Shown: positions 20,587 to 30,997, counted from the stretch's first letter. The stretch: 64,000 bases of DNA from Micromonospora sp. NPDC093277 (GCF_044765245.1 NZ_JBIWJO010000006.1:382697-446696); one strand, 5' to 3'. The notes: a model not told the origin generated them from the sequence alone. Numbers and translations: made by a program.

Positions 20587-21171
20587 ATGAGTGTCCGGCA
20601 CGCCCTGCTCGCGCTGCTCAACGAGGGCCCCAAATACGGGCTACAGCTCCGCGAGGAGTTCGAGGCGCGGACCGGTGAGGTGTGGCCGCTGAACGTCGGC
20701 CAGGTGTACACGACCCTGCAGCGGCTGGAGCGGGATGGCCTCATCGAGTCGGACGACGACGCGGAACCGGGGCCGCAGAAGGGTTTCCGGATCACCGCCG
20801 CCGGTGCGGACGAGCTGGCCGGCTGGCTGCGCACGCCGCCCGACCTCGCGTCCCCGCCACGCGACGAGCTGGTGATCAAGATCCTTATTGCGGTACGGCT
20901 GCCGGGGGTCGACGTGCACGAGGTCATCCAGGCCCATCGCCGCTACCTCGTGGAGCTCATGCAGCAGTGGACCAGGCTCAAGGACGAGGAGGGCGACCTC
21001 GACCTCAGCCTGGGCCTGGTCGTCGACGCCGAGCTGTACCGGCTGGACTCCGTCGTGCGATGGCTCGACACCGCGGACGGTCGGCTCAAGCGCGCCGCCC
21101 TGGAACCACCGGTACCGGCGAAGACGCCGACCGGGCCGCAGCTTCGACGCAGGGTGGGGATCCGTCGATGA
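20587..21171 (+). CDS. PadR-family transcriptional regulator
   Basis: ATG 20587. ALLALLNEGPKYGLQLREEF...VYTTLQRLERDGLI winged-helix motif. Stop overlaps the downstream ABC gene start. Confidence 0.75.
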   Translation: MSVRHALLALLNEGPKYGLQLREEFEARTGEVWPLNVGQVYTTLQRLERDGLIESDDDAEPGPQKGFRITAAGADELAGWLRTPPDLASPPRDELVIKILIAVRLPGVDVHEVIQAHRRYLVELMQQWTRLKDEEGDLDLSLGLVVDAELYRLDSVVRWLDTADGRLKRAALEPPVPAKTPTGPQLRRRVGIRR

Positions 21172-21893
21172 GCGGGGTGCTGGAGATGCGCGTGGTGTCC
21201 AAGACGTACGTGGACGGCTCCGCCGAGGTGCACGCGCTGCGCGAGGTCGACTTCACCGTCGAGCCGGGCAAGATGGTCGCGGTGATGGGACCCAGCGGCT
21301 CGGGCAAGAGCACGCTGCTCACCATCGCGGGGGCGCTGGAGCTGCCGACCAGCGGTGAGGTGCTCGTCGCCGGCCAGCCGCTGGCGAAGCTGTCCCGTGA
21401 CGAGCGGAGCCGGCTGCGGCGGCGGGCCATCGGGTACGTCTTCCAGGACTTCAACCTGCTGCCCGGGCTCACCGCCGCCGAGAACGTGGCGCTGCCGCTG
21501 GAGCTCGACGGGATGTCGGCCGGCAAGGCGCGCGTGGCCGGCCTGCGTGCCCTGGAGGAGTTGGGTCTCGCCGACCGCGCGTCCCGGTTCCCGGACCAAC
21601 TGTCCGGCGGTGAGCGGCAACGGGTGGCGATCGCCCGGGCGGTGGTGGGAGACCGGCGGCTGCTGCTGGCCGACGAGCCGACCGGCGCGCTCGACTCGGC
21701 CAACGGCGAGGCCGTGATGCGGCTGATCCTGAACGCCTGCAAGCAGGGGGTGAGCGCGGTGGTGGTGACCCACGACGCGCAGTTGGCGTCGTGGGCCGAC
21801 CGGGTCGTGTTCATCCGCGACGGGCGCATCGTCGACCGCACCGCGCCCCGGCTCGGGCCTGATTCCGTGCTGACCGAGGGGGCGAGCCGATGA
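21168..21893 (+). CDS. ABC transporter ATP-binding protein (MacB/LolD-like)
   Basis: Walker A GPSGSGKST. Signature LSGGERQRVAIARA. Walker B LLLADEPTGALD. ATGA overlap with padR. Confidence 0.85.
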   Translation: MSGVLEMRVVSKTYVDGSAEVHALREVDFTVEPGKMVAVMGPSGSGKSTLLTIAGALELPTSGEVLVAGQPLAKLSRDERSRLRRRAIGYVFQDFNLLPGLTAAENVALPLELDGMSAGKARVAGLRALEELGLADRASRFPDQLSGGERQRVAIARAVVGDRRLLLADEPTGALDSANGEAVMRLILNACKQGVSAVVVTHDAQLASWADRVVFIRDGRIVDRTAPRLGPDSVLTEGASR

Positions 21894-24355
21894 GCGTCGC
21901 GGTCGAGGAGCCGCCGTTGGTGCTCGGCACCGGCCGTGGTGGCATGCCGGCTCGGCGGGCCGTGGCGCGCTGGGCCTGGCGGCTGTTCCGGCGGGAGTGG
22001 CGCCAGCAGGTGATCGTGCTGATCCTGCTGGTCCTCGCGGTGGCGGCCACCACGGTGGGGCTGGCCATCGGCGCGGCCGCACCGTCGGATGCTTGGCTGT
22101 TCGGCACCGCCGACAACCGGACGACGCTGGGCAGCGCCGGCCCGCAGATCGACGCCGATCTTGCGACGCTGCGCAGCTCGTTCGGCATCATCGACGTGAT
22201 CGAGCATTCAAAGCGGATCCGGGTGCCAGGCTCCGCGAACGGTCTCGACCTGCGCGCACAGGACCCCAACGGCCCGTACGGCAAGCCGATCCTGCGCCTG
22301 GACAAGGGTCGGTGGCCGCAGGGTCCGGCCGAGGTCGCGATCACCCAGCGCGCCATGAAGACCTTCAACCTGCACCTGGGCGGGACCTGGGACGCGGGTG
22401 GCACCACCCGGACCGTGGTTGGCCTGGTCGAGAACCCGCTCAACCTCAACGATGCGTTCGCCCTCGTCGCGCCGGGTCAGATCGCCGACCCGCAGCAGGT
22501 CGAAGTGCTGCTCAAGGCGTCCCGGTCGGAGTACGTCTCGAAGCCGCGCCCCGACGGCATGACGAACCAGCGCCGCGCCGACGATCAGAACACGGCCGCG
22601 GTGATGGTGCTCGTCCTGGCCACGATCGGGTTGGTGTTCGTCGGCCTGATGGCGGTGGCTGGCTTTACCGTGATGGCCCAGCGGCGGCTGCGGGCGCTCG
22701 GCATGCTCGGTGCGATCGGTGCGAGTCACCGCCACATCCGGCTCGTCATGCTGGCCAACGGTCTGGTCATCGGCGGAGTCGGCGCCCTCACCGGCGCCGT
22801 GACGGGGGTCGCCGGATGGGCCGCCCTGGGTCCCCTGCTGGAGCCGGTGCTGGGCCACCGCATCGACCGGTTCAAGCTGCCCTGGACACCGCTGGGCCTG
22901 GCCGTCCTGCTGGCCGTGATCACCGCGGTCCTCGCCGCCTGGTGGCCGGCTCGGGCAGCCGCGCGCATCCCGGTCGTCGCCGCGCTGTCCGCCCGACCGG
23001 CGCCGCCGCGTCCGGCGCACCGGTTCGCCTTGCTGGGCACGCTGCTACTGGCGGGTGGCCTGACCTCGCTCTACCTGTCCAAGGGCACGAAACCGCCGTA
23101 CATCGTGGGTGGCGTGCTGGCCACCGCGGTCGCCCTGCTGCTCCTGGCCCCGGTCGGCATCGCCGCCATCGGCCTGCTCGCCCGGCACGCGCCACTGGCG
23201 CCCCGGCTGGCGATGCGCGACCTGGCCCGCTACCGGGCGCGGTCCGGCTCGGCGCTTGCCGCGATCGCGTTGGCCGTCGGGATCGCCGCCACGGTCGTGC
23301 TGACCGCCGCTGTCTCGGCGGCGAAGGCGGCGGCCCCGACCGGCGGCAGTCTGCCCGCGGACCAGGTCATCGTCTGGCTTGACCCGGGGCGGACGTTCGG
23401 AACGGTACCGGTCCTCACCGCCCAGCAGGAGGCCGACGCCCGCAAGCAGGTCGACGCGATCGCGGCCCGGCTGGGTGCCACCTCGGTGCTGCCACTGGCC
23501 GGCGCGGTCGACCCGAACGGCCCGATCGACCGGGAGAACAACGGCCGACCACTCGTCAACCTGGGCATTCCTCGCCAGGACGGCGACCACACCGTGGACA
23601 ACGGCGGGGGCTCGATCTCACTGTTCGTGGCCACGCCGGAACTGCTGGCCTACTACGGGATCGACCCGGCGAGCGTCAACGCCGACACCGACCTGCTCAC
23701 CTCGCGGTCGAATCTCGACGGGTACAAGCCGTTCCCCGTCGCCCGGAACACCGCCTGGGCGCCGAAACTGCAGCACGTCACGCTGCCCGACTACGGGTCC
23801 CTGCCCAACGTGCTGATCACCACGCACGCCATGACGGCGTTGCACGTGTCGACGGTACCCGTCGGGTGGCTGGTCAAGGCGCCGAAGGCGATCACCGCGG
23901 CGCAACTCGACACGGCCCAGCAGACCGCGGTGGGCGCCGATCTGAGCATCGAGTCCCGGCCGACCGGTACCGATGCGCAACGAGTCGCGGACGACTTCAC
24001 CGCCGCCGGCATCGCCGTCGCCCTCGGCGTGCTAGCGATGACCGTCGGGCTCATCCGCAGCGAGACGAGCCGGGACCTGCGCACGCTGACCGCGGCCGGG
24101 GCTCCGCGGCGCACCAGGCGGGCGCTCACGGCGTCCACCGCGGGCGCGCTGTCGCTCACCGGCGCGGTCATCGGTACCGGCTGCGCGTACATCGCGCTGC
24201 TGGTCTGGTACCACCGGGAGTTGCACTGGCTGGCCCACCCGCCGCTGGTGAACCTGGCCGCGATCCTGGTCGGGCTGCCGATCGTCGCGTACCTCGGCGG
24301 CTGGCTGCTCGCCGGCAAAGAAATGCCGGCAATCGCCCGCCAGGCGCTCGACTGA
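21890..24355 (+). CDS. ABC transporter permease with two FtsX-like domains (MacB-type)
   Basis: 821-aa polytopic protein. Start overlaps the ATPase stop. Duplicated 4-TM FtsX architecture. Confidence 0.8.
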   Translation: MSVAVEEPPLVLGTGRGGMPARRAVARWAWRLFRREWRQQVIVLILLVLAVAATTVGLAIGAAAPSDAWLFGTADNRTTLGSAGPQIDADLATLRSSFGIIDVIEHSKRIRVPGSANGLDLRAQDPNGPYGKPILRLDKGRWPQGPAEVAITQRAMKTFNLHLGGTWDAGGTTRTVVGLVENPLNLNDAFALVAPGQIADPQQVEVLLKASRSEYVSKPRPDGMTNQRRADDQNTAAVMVLVLATIGLVFVGLMAVAGFTVMAQRRLRALGMLGAIGASHRHIRLVMLANGLVIGGVGALTGAVTGVAGWAALGPLLEPVLGHRIDRFKLPWTPLGLAVLLAVITAVLAAWWPARAAARIPVVAALSARPAPPRPAHRFALLGTLLLAGGLTSLYLSKGTKPPYIVGGVLATAVALLLLAPVGIAAIGLLARHAPLAPRLAMRDLARYRARSGSALAAIALAVGIAATVVLTAAVSAAKAAAPTGGSLPADQVIVWLDPGRTFGTVPVLTAQQEADARKQVDAIAARLGATSVLPLAGAVDPNGPIDRENNGRPLVNLGIPRQDGDHTVDNGGGSISLFVATPELLAYYGIDPASVNADTDLLTSRSNLDGYKPFPVARNTAWAPKLQHVTLPDYGSLPNVLITTHAMTALHVSTVPVGWLVKAPKAITAAQLDTAQQTAVGADLSIESRPTGTDAQRVADDFTAAGIAVALGVLAMTVGLIRSETSRDLRTLTAAGAPRRTRRALTASTAGALSLTGAVIGTGCAYIALLVWYHRELHWLAHPPLVNLAAILVGLPIVAYLGGWLLAGKEMPAIARQALD

Positions 24356-24361
24356 CACACC

Positions 24362-24393
24362 GCCGCTGCGTCACCCACGCGGGTGGCGCAGCG
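24362..24393 (+). terminator. hairpin ccgctgcgtcaccc..gggtggcgcagcgg after the permease gene
   Basis: Inverted repeat with one mismatch directly after the stop. Confidence 0.35.
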
Positions 24394-25035
24394 GCACGCT
24401 GAGCCGTTCTCCGATCGTCGGGTCGCGTCCGAGCGGCGGCGGAGCAGCAATGCGCCGTCGCGACCCGGCATGAATACGCGCCGATCCGGCGGAGAGGAGC
24501 CGACCGGGAGCGGCTTCATCCGCAAGTATCAACGCTGACCTGACCTGGGCCGCAACGGTGGAGCGACGGCCCGGATGCCGATTGCCGGCATCAGCCTCGT
24601 GCGGCCCTTCCAAGGCCCAGGAACCACGGGCAGTACCGTCCCGAGTGGCACCCGCAGGACTGAACGGGCGCCCCCGCGGCAGCTGTCCTGATCCTCCGAT
24701 CAGGAAGATCCATCGATTCCGCCAACTCAACCTGGACGATCCACGCCCCAACCGTCCAAGGCAACATGGCGAGCAGCAGGTCGTTGAGAAGAAGCCGCGC
24801 CATCTCCATCCGGACGGGACAGAGGTGTGCTGGCTGTTCCCATGCCGTCGAACGGCCGGCGCGCGCACCGGCCGGATGGACCGGCCGGGCACTGTGACAC
24901 CAGACGATCGTTGCACATGCGCCGAGCAGCGACCCAGCCCAATGTGGAGTTTCCGTCAGCAATCCGGCCGTCACCGCACCCGTCCGGTGGTTCAAACCTT
25001 TCGGAGAGCGTGCCGACGAGGCAGGATGATCCGGC

Positions 25036-25881
25036 ATGAGAGCACTGCGTCGTACCCTGGCCGCGATCGTCGCGACGACGTTCGCGCTGCTGGCGACATC
25101 CGCCCCCGCGGCCGCCATCACCGGCGGCGAACCCGACGGCAACCGCCACCCCAACGTGGGCCTGATCCTGTTCTACGACGAGACCGGCCGCTACCGTTGC
25201 TCGGCCACGCTCGTCTCGCCGACCATCGTCCTCACCGCCGCGCACTGCACCCAGGGGACCCTCGGCAAGACCCTGGTCACCTTCGACTCGGTCATCGCCG
25301 AGGCGCCGCCGAGCCCGTTCCCGGTGGCGACGAACCCCGGCGCCGGCTACACGGCGCAGGAACTCGCCGCGGCGGGTTACCTGTCCGGCACGGCGTACAC
25401 CCACCCGCAGTACTCGGACTTCACCGACCTGAAGAACTGGAACGACGTCGGCGTGGTCGTGCTGGACAAGCCGGTGACGGGCATCGCGCCCGCGACCGTG
25501 GCGCCCAGCGGCTACCTCGACCAATTCGCGCAGCCGAAGCTCAACAAGACCATCTTCGAGGTGGTCGGGTACGGCACCGAGGTCCGCAAGCCGGATTCGG
25601 GCCCGCAGAAGCCGGAGCCCATGAGCTACCCGCTGCTGCGCCGCTACACCACCTCCCCGGGGCAGAAGCTCACCCCGCAGATCCTGCAGATGAACGGCAA
25701 CCCGAACGACGTCCACGGCGGCGGTGGCACCTGCTTCGGTGACTCGGGCGGCCCGTCCTTCCTCAACGGCTACCTGGTCACGGTCACCAGCTACGGCTAC
25801 ACGGACAACTGCCGCTACCTCGGCGGCTACCAGCGGGTCGACATCCCGGTGGTCCAGAACTGGCTCGCCACCGTCCGGTAA
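25036..25881 (+). CDS. secreted trypsin-like (S1 family) serine protease
   Basis: Signal peptide. TAAHC (His). GDSGGP (Ser). Confidence 0.8.
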   Translation: MRALRRTLAAIVATTFALLATSAPAAAITGGEPDGNRHPNVGLILFYDETGRYRCSATLVSPTIVLTAAHCTQGTLGKTLVTFDSVIAEAPPSPFPVATNPGAGYTAQELAAAGYLSGTAYTHPQYSDFTDLKNWNDVGVVVLDKPVTGIAPATVAPSGYLDQFAQPKLNKTIFEVVGYGTEVRKPDSGPQKPEPMSYPLLRRYTTSPGQKLTPQILQMNGNPNDVHGGGGTCFGDSGGPSFLNGYLVTVTSYGYTDNCRYLGGYQRVDIPVVQNWLATVR

Positions 25882-25890
25882 TCCGCCGTC

Positions 25891-25924
25891 CCGGCGGGTG
25901 CCTCGCTCCGGAGGCACCCGCCGG
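25891..25924. terminator. bidirectional hairpin ccggcgggtgcctc/gaggcacccgccgg
   Basis: Perfect 14-bp stem with a 6-nt loop between the convergent S1 protease and giant ATPase genes. Confidence 0.45.
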
Positions 25925-25927
25925 CGG

Positions 25928-28900
25928 TCAGTCCCGGCCGGCCGCGCGGCCGATCGCCGCCTCCACCCCGCCGATCCGATCGGCGAGCAGACCCAGCGCG
26001 CCCACCGCGCGATCCAGCGGGTCGTCCGAGGTGCCACCGAGCGCCCGGGCCCGTTGGAAACCCGACTTCACCTCGGCCCAGCGACGGGCCTGCTCCGGCG
26101 TCAGCCGGCCCCGCAGCTCGGCGAGCTTGAGCAGGTTGGCCTCCGCACCGGCGGCCAGGGTCTGCGCCTCGCCCAGGTAGTGGTCGTCGACGACCGCCTC
26201 CAGTTCCTCGTCGGTGAGCACCGGGACGATCCGCTCGGCCAGCTTGTTCATGTTCCGGTACGAGCCCTGGAGCTGGAACGGCGGCTCGGTGCGGGAGTCG
26301 TCCGACTGGCCCGCCGAGGCGATGTACGCCTGGTTGTTGGCGAGCACCACCTGCTGCACCCGCAGCAGCTTGCGCAGCACCGCGACGATCTGCTCCAGTT
26401 CCACCGGCGCGTACGGGTGGGCGAGCTGATCCGCCCGGACCGTGTCGTCGCCCCGTGCCATCCGGACCAGCAGCTCGACGTCGCCGCGCTCCCGCCCGGC
26501 CAGCGGCGCCAGCACCGGATTCGAGGTGAGCGCGTTCTCGAGGTAGCTGAGCGCGAACACCTCCTCCCGCCCGGAGAGCACGTCGCCAAGGTTCCACACG
26601 TCGGCCCGGTTGGCCAGCATGTCGGGCACCCGGAACCGCCGCCCCGACTCGGTGTAGGGGTTGCCGGCCATGCACACCGCGAACCGCTTCCCGCGCAGGT
26701 CGTACGTGCGGGTCCGGCCCGCCCAGACTCCCTCCATCCGGCGCTGCCCGTCGCAGAGCGGGATGAACTTCTGCAGCAGCTCCGGGGAGGTGTGCTGGAT
26801 GTCGTCGAGGTAGAGCAGGACGTTGTTGCCCAGCTCCAGCGCGAAGGAGATCTTCTCCACCTCCTGGCGGGCGGTCGCGTCGGGAGCCTGCGCCGGGTCG
26901 AGTGAGGTGACCGCCGCGCCCAGGGCGGGCCCGTCGACCTTGACGAAGACCAGGCCGAGCCGGCTGGCCACGTACTCCATCAGGGTGGTCTTGCCGTAGC
27001 CGGGCGGGGAGATCAGCAGCAGCAGGCCGGACTGGTCCACCCGCTTGGCGTCGCCCGTCGCGCCGAGCTGCCGGGCCAGGCTGTCGCCGATCAGTGGCAG
27101 GTAGACCTCGTCGAGCAGGCGGTTGCGGACGAAGCTGCTCATCACCGTCGGCCGGTACTCCGCCAACCGCAGCCGCTCCCGCTCGGCGGCCACCAGCGCG
27201 TTGCGCCGGCGCTGGTAGTCCCGGTACGCCGGCACCCGCTCGGTGCGGAACCGGCGGGTGCGGGCCAGCGTCTCGTCCACCCGAAGCGTGATCGCCGACT
27301 GGTCGATCCGCGGGTGCGCGCCGAGCAGCCCGCCGACCGTCTCCGACACGACTGCAGTCGCCTCGTGCCGCGGCAGTTCCGCGCCGCACAGCTCGACGGC
27401 GACCGCCTCCGGCAGGTCGTACCCGGAGAGCGAGCCGTCGTCGGTGGCGAGGAACGCGGTCAGCCACGCCTCGACGAGCTGGTGCCGGCTCGCCAGGTCG
27501 CCGTCGAGCGCCCGCAGGTCGTCGTCGAACTCCCGCGCCGAGGGCGACCCGGGGCCGCCGAGGGCGCGCCGGAACCGGTCGAGCAGGGCAGCCGCGCCGG
27601 CCCCGGTGCCGAAGGCGACGGGCCGCCGTGACAGCTCCTCGAAGAGGTACTCCCCCGCCAGGTCGGCCTCCCCGGCCGGCCCGGTCAGCCCGGCGTCGCG
27701 CAGGAACCGGCCGATCTCGGCGGCCAGTTCGGCGCGCAGCCGGTCGATCGCGTCATCGGCCCGCTGCGGTCCCGCCCCGGCGACCTCGCCGGCCTCGGTG
27801 TCGACGTCGGGCGGCGACGGCGGGTGGGCCGGGCGGCCGAACCGTTGCCTCGACCGGGCCAGCGAGGCGGCCCGGGCCGTCCACGAGCGTCGGGCCGGCT
27901 CGGTGGCGCCGAACCGCCAGAAGAGCTGCGCCGTGGCGCGGGCAGCCGGTGGGTAACGCAGGAGCCCCGCTCCGGCGTGCAGGCGCAGCAGCGCCAGCAG
28001 GATCTCGGCCGCGTCGTGATCGTGTACGCCGCCCTCGTAGCCCTCGTCGTAGCGGGCCTCGGCGTGCCGGCGGACCAACTTCCGCAGCTCGTCCACTTCG
28101 GCCGCCGCCGCGTGCAGCCCGTCCAGGGTGAGCCCGTCGCGGCCCGCCTCGGCGTCGGCCAGGATCGAGGTGGCCAGGTATTCCCCGCGGTAGACCTGCG
28201 GTGACTCCGAGACCAGCAGCTGGTCCCAGAACCGGTGGGTGCGCTGGAACTCCTCGTCCCGGATCGGGGCACGGTAGTCGGTGCCCGTCACCGCCACCGC
28301 CAACCGCCCGTCCTGCGGGACCACGGTCACGTCGATCGGCTGGGTGTTGACCGCGAACCGGTGCCGGCCCAACCGGATCGTCTCGCCGCCGTCGGCGTAC
28401 AGGTCGAGTCGGTCGCGCAGCCCGCGGGCGGCCTCCTGCCGGGTGGCGCGGATCCGCCCGTCCAGCTCCTCGGCCCGGACCTGTTCGCCGAGCGTACGCA
28501 GCTCGTCGACGACCGCACGCAGCTTGCCCACCATCGGGTCGGCGGCGAAGTACGTGTTGATCTCGTCGAGCGATCCCAGGGTGGCGGTCCGGCTCCGCAC
28601 GCTGACCAGGATGCGGTCCGCCGACGAGGCCAACCGGTCGGCGCGGCGGGCCCGCTCGTCGAGCAGCGCCTGCTTGCGTGACGAGAACGCCTCGTAGATC
28701 TCGGCCCGGCGGGTGGTCAGCTCGGCGAGGAAGTCGTCGAACTCGCCGAACCGGGATTCCAGGTCCTCCACCCGCAGCAGCAGCCGGCCCAACTGCTCGT
28801 CGCAGCGCTCGGCGGTGTCCGCCGCCGCCAGCGACCCGGTCACCGCCTGGCCGAGCAGCGCGAACTCGGCGGCGAAGCCCGCCCTGCCCTCGGCCTGCAG

Positions 28901-30997
28901 CAGCTCGCGGCGGCGGTTGTCCAGCACGGCCCGGGCCCGGTTCACCCCGCCGAGCACCTCACCGACGCGGGCCAGGATGCCGGTACGCACGGTCGCGTCG
29001 GCGATGTCCAGCCCGCCCACCACCTCGGTGATGGTCTGCAGGCCCTCGGCGCGTCCGGTGAGCGCGTCCCGGACCGTCTCGGACTCGGCCACCGTGCCGA
29101 TCGCGGCGGCCTGCCCGGCGAGCCGGTCCACCTCGTGCTGGTAGCCGGCGAACGCGTCGTCCCGGCGCAGGAACTCCACCGCCCGGCGCCCGGCGGCGGC
29201 CAGTTCCTCGTCGAGCCGCGCGGCCAGCTCGTCGACCCGCTCATGGTCGACGTACCGCATCTCCCGCAGGGTCTCCAGGCGACCACGCGCCTGCCGCAAC
29301 CCGCCCAACTGCGTCACCCAGTCGTCCGCGGTCAGCGGTGCCTCGCCGCGGGCACGACGGGCCAGCGAGGCGATCCGGGCGGCGCTGTCGTCCAGCGCGT
29401 CGCGCGCCTGTTCGGTCAGCGCCCGGACCTTCTCGTACTCGTCGAGGACCGTGGCCGCGGTGCGGCGCAGCTCGGCCAGCGGGGCCAGCAGGTCGCCGAG
29501 GTCGGCGTCGTCGAGCCAGTGGTAGTGGTCCACCGCCCGGGCGCAGGCGGCGATCAGCGCCTCGTACACCCCGGCCGACGGGGCGGTGCCGTCGACCATC
29601 CGGGCCACCGAGAGGCAGTCGGAGATGCCCCGGACGAGATCGGCGTTGCCGACCCGTTCCAGCGGCCCGGTCCCGGCCGGCTGCGCGGCGGCGTACGCGT
29701 CGGAGACGTACGGGGTCTGCCAGACCTGCATCGGGTGGACCCGGGTCGGCTCCTCGGAGGTGCCCCGGAACACCACCAGCGTGCCGTCGTCGAACAGCGA
29801 GAAGCCGTGGCACGGGATCGGTGCGGCCACCTCCTTGCGGATGGCGTTGTACGGCAACAGCAGGGAGCGTCCCTCGGCCCGGGCGTGGAAGACGTAGAGG
29901 ACGTCCTCCCCGTTGGGCGAGCGGATGACCCGCTCGAACTCCAGTCCGGAGACGGCGGTGTCGAAGGTACGGGTGACCCCGGTGGCCAGGTGGTAGCCGC
30001 CGGCGAAGATGATCCCGTGGTCCTCGGGCAGCCGCTGGCAGGCCGGCCCGATCCCGTCGAGCCGGACCACCGTGCGGGTCAGCGTGTTGAAGACCAGGTG
30101 TCGCCACTCGGTTTCCTTGTACGGCCGCATCCGGAGCAGGATCAGCGGGCCGACCCGCGCCCAGTCGATGTCGGCGTCGGCGAGGCTCTGCAACGGCTCG
30201 TCCACCGGCTCGCTGTAGATGCCCTCGCCGGTCTCGGTGTTGTTCTCCACCTTGACCGTCAGGGTGCCGCCGATCGTCTCGACGAAGATCTCGTTCTGGA
30301 TGGAGATGTGCGGGTACCGGCCCGGGACGTGGTCGTCCCGGGTGGTCTCGACCCACTCGAAGTCGTGCGTCGGCGGGAAGACGTGCTCCCGCTCGCCCCG
30401 GTTGTCGAGGTACTCGACGCCGCCGTCCGTGTCGACCCGCCAGCGCAGCACCCGGATGTCGTCGGTCTGCGGGCCGGTCTGGAAGACCGCCAGCAGCCGC
30501 CCGTCGAGGCGGCGCAGCTGCAACAGGCGGGTCTGCCGGTAGTAGCGGTACAACTCGCCGAAGTCGCGCAGGAACCCTGGATCGCGCAGCAGCCCGGGCC
30601 GCTCGTCCGGGCCGGCGGCGTCGAACCGGAACACAGCTCCGTCGGTGCCGGATTCCCTCGTGAAGCGGTGCAGCGAGAAGACGTCGTCGACCGTCGTCTC
30701 CGGCTTGAGACCGATGAAAACGTTGTAGCCGAGGAGCATCAGCCCGCCGACCGAGACGACGTCCCGCGACACACAGTTGTGCTCGGTCCGGATCCGCTCG
30801 GTGCTGAGCAGGCGCAGCTCGGCACTGCCGAAGACCTCCAGCCGCCGGGCGTTCAACGCCTCCGCCCGCCGGATCAGCTCGGCGGCCTGCCCGCTCAGCC
30901 GGTTCCGCAGCACCTCGTAGCTGCCGGCGTCCAGCCCCACCCCCGCCACCCCGGCCCCGGCGCGGGCGGCGCCGGGGCCGGTCACCGGCTCACTCAC
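25928..30997 (-). CDS. giant (1689 aa) flotillin-associated P-loop ATPase, function unknown
   Basis: GTG start at 30997 overlaps the flotillin stop by 8 nt. N-terminal about 450 aa beta-rich with no recognised motif. Long helical middle. C-terminal AAA-like module with Walker A LLISPPGYGKTTL (aa about 1327-1339) and Walker B LLYLDDIQH. Confidence 0.75.
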   Translation of the reverse strand: MSEPVTGPGAARAGAGVAGVGLDAGSYEVLRNRLSGQAAELIRRAEALNARRLEVFGSAELRLLSTERIRTEHNCVSRDVVSVGGLMLLGYNVFIGLKPETTVDDVFSLHRFTRESGTDGAVFRFDAAGPDERPGLLRDPGFLRDFGELYRYYRQTRLLQLRRLDGRLLAVFQTGPQTDDIRVLRWRVDTDGGVEYLDNRGEREHVFPPTHDFEWVETTRDDHVPGRYPHISIQNEIFVETIGGTLTVKVENNTETGEGIYSEPVDEPLQSLADADIDWARVGPLILLRMRPYKETEWRHLVFNTLTRTVVRLDGIGPACQRLPEDHGIIFAGGYHLATGVTRTFDTAVSGLEFERVIRSPNGEDVLYVFHARAEGRSLLLPYNAIRKEVAAPIPCHGFSLFDDGTLVVFRGTSEEPTRVHPMQVWQTPYVSDAYAAAQPAGTGPLERVGNADLVRGISDCLSVARMVDGTAPSAGVYEALIAACARAVDHYHWLDDADLGDLLAPLAELRRTAATVLDEYEKVRALTEQARDALDDSAARIASLARRARGEAPLTADDWVTQLGGLRQARGRLETLREMRYVDHERVDELAARLDEELAAAGRRAVEFLRRDDAFAGYQHEVDRLAGQAAAIGTVAESETVRDALTGRAEGLQTITEVVGGLDIADATVRTGILARVGEVLGGVNRARAVLDNRRRELLQAEGRAGFAAEFALLGQAVTGSLAAADTAERCDEQLGRLLLRVEDLESRFGEFDDFLAELTTRRAEIYEAFSSRKQALLDERARRADRLASSADRILVSVRSRTATLGSLDEINTYFAADPMVGKLRAVVDELRTLGEQVRAEELDGRIRATRQEAARGLRDRLDLYADGGETIRLGRHRFAVNTQPIDVTVVPQDGRLAVAVTGTDYRAPIRDEEFQRTHRFWDQLLVSESPQVYRGEYLATSILADAEAGRDGLTLDGLHAAAAEVDELRKLVRRHAEARYDEGYEGGVHDHDAAEILLALLRLHAGAGLLRYPPAARATAQLFWRFGATEPARRSWTARAASLARSRQRFGRPAHPPSPPDVDTEAGEVAGAGPQRADDAIDRLRAELAAEIGRFLRDAGLTGPAGEADLAGEYLFEELSRRPVAFGTGAGAAALLDRFRRALGGPGSPSAREFDDDLRALDGDLASRHQLVEAWLTAFLATDDGSLSGYDLPEAVAVELCGAELPRHEATAVVSETVGGLLGAHPRIDQSAITLRVDETLARTRRFRTERVPAYRDYQRRRNALVAAERERLRLAEYRPTVMSSFVRNRLLDEVYLPLIGDSLARQLGATGDAKRVDQSGLLLLISPPGYGKTTLMEYVASRLGLVFVKVDGPALGAAVTSLDPAQAPDATARQEVEKISFALELGNNVLLYLDDIQHTSPELLQKFIPLCDGQRRMEGVWAGRTRTYDLRGKRFAVCMAGNPYTESGRRFRVPDMLANRADVWNLGDVLSGREEVFALSYLENALTSNPVLAPLAGRERGDVELLVRMARGDDTVRADQLAHPYAPVELEQIVAVLRKLLRVQQVVLANNQAYIASAGQSDDSRTEPPFQLQGSYRNMNKLAERIVPVLTDEELEAVVDDHYLGEAQTLAAGAEANLLKLAELRGRLTPEQARRWAEVKSGFQRARALGGTSDDPLDRAVGALGLLADRIGGVEAAIGRAAGRD

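Noticed and set aside
24558-25742. 394-aa plus-strand ORF overlapping the S1 protease gene
   Set aside because: Out of frame with the protease, whose frame contains TAAHC/GDSGGP. Arg/Pro-rich.
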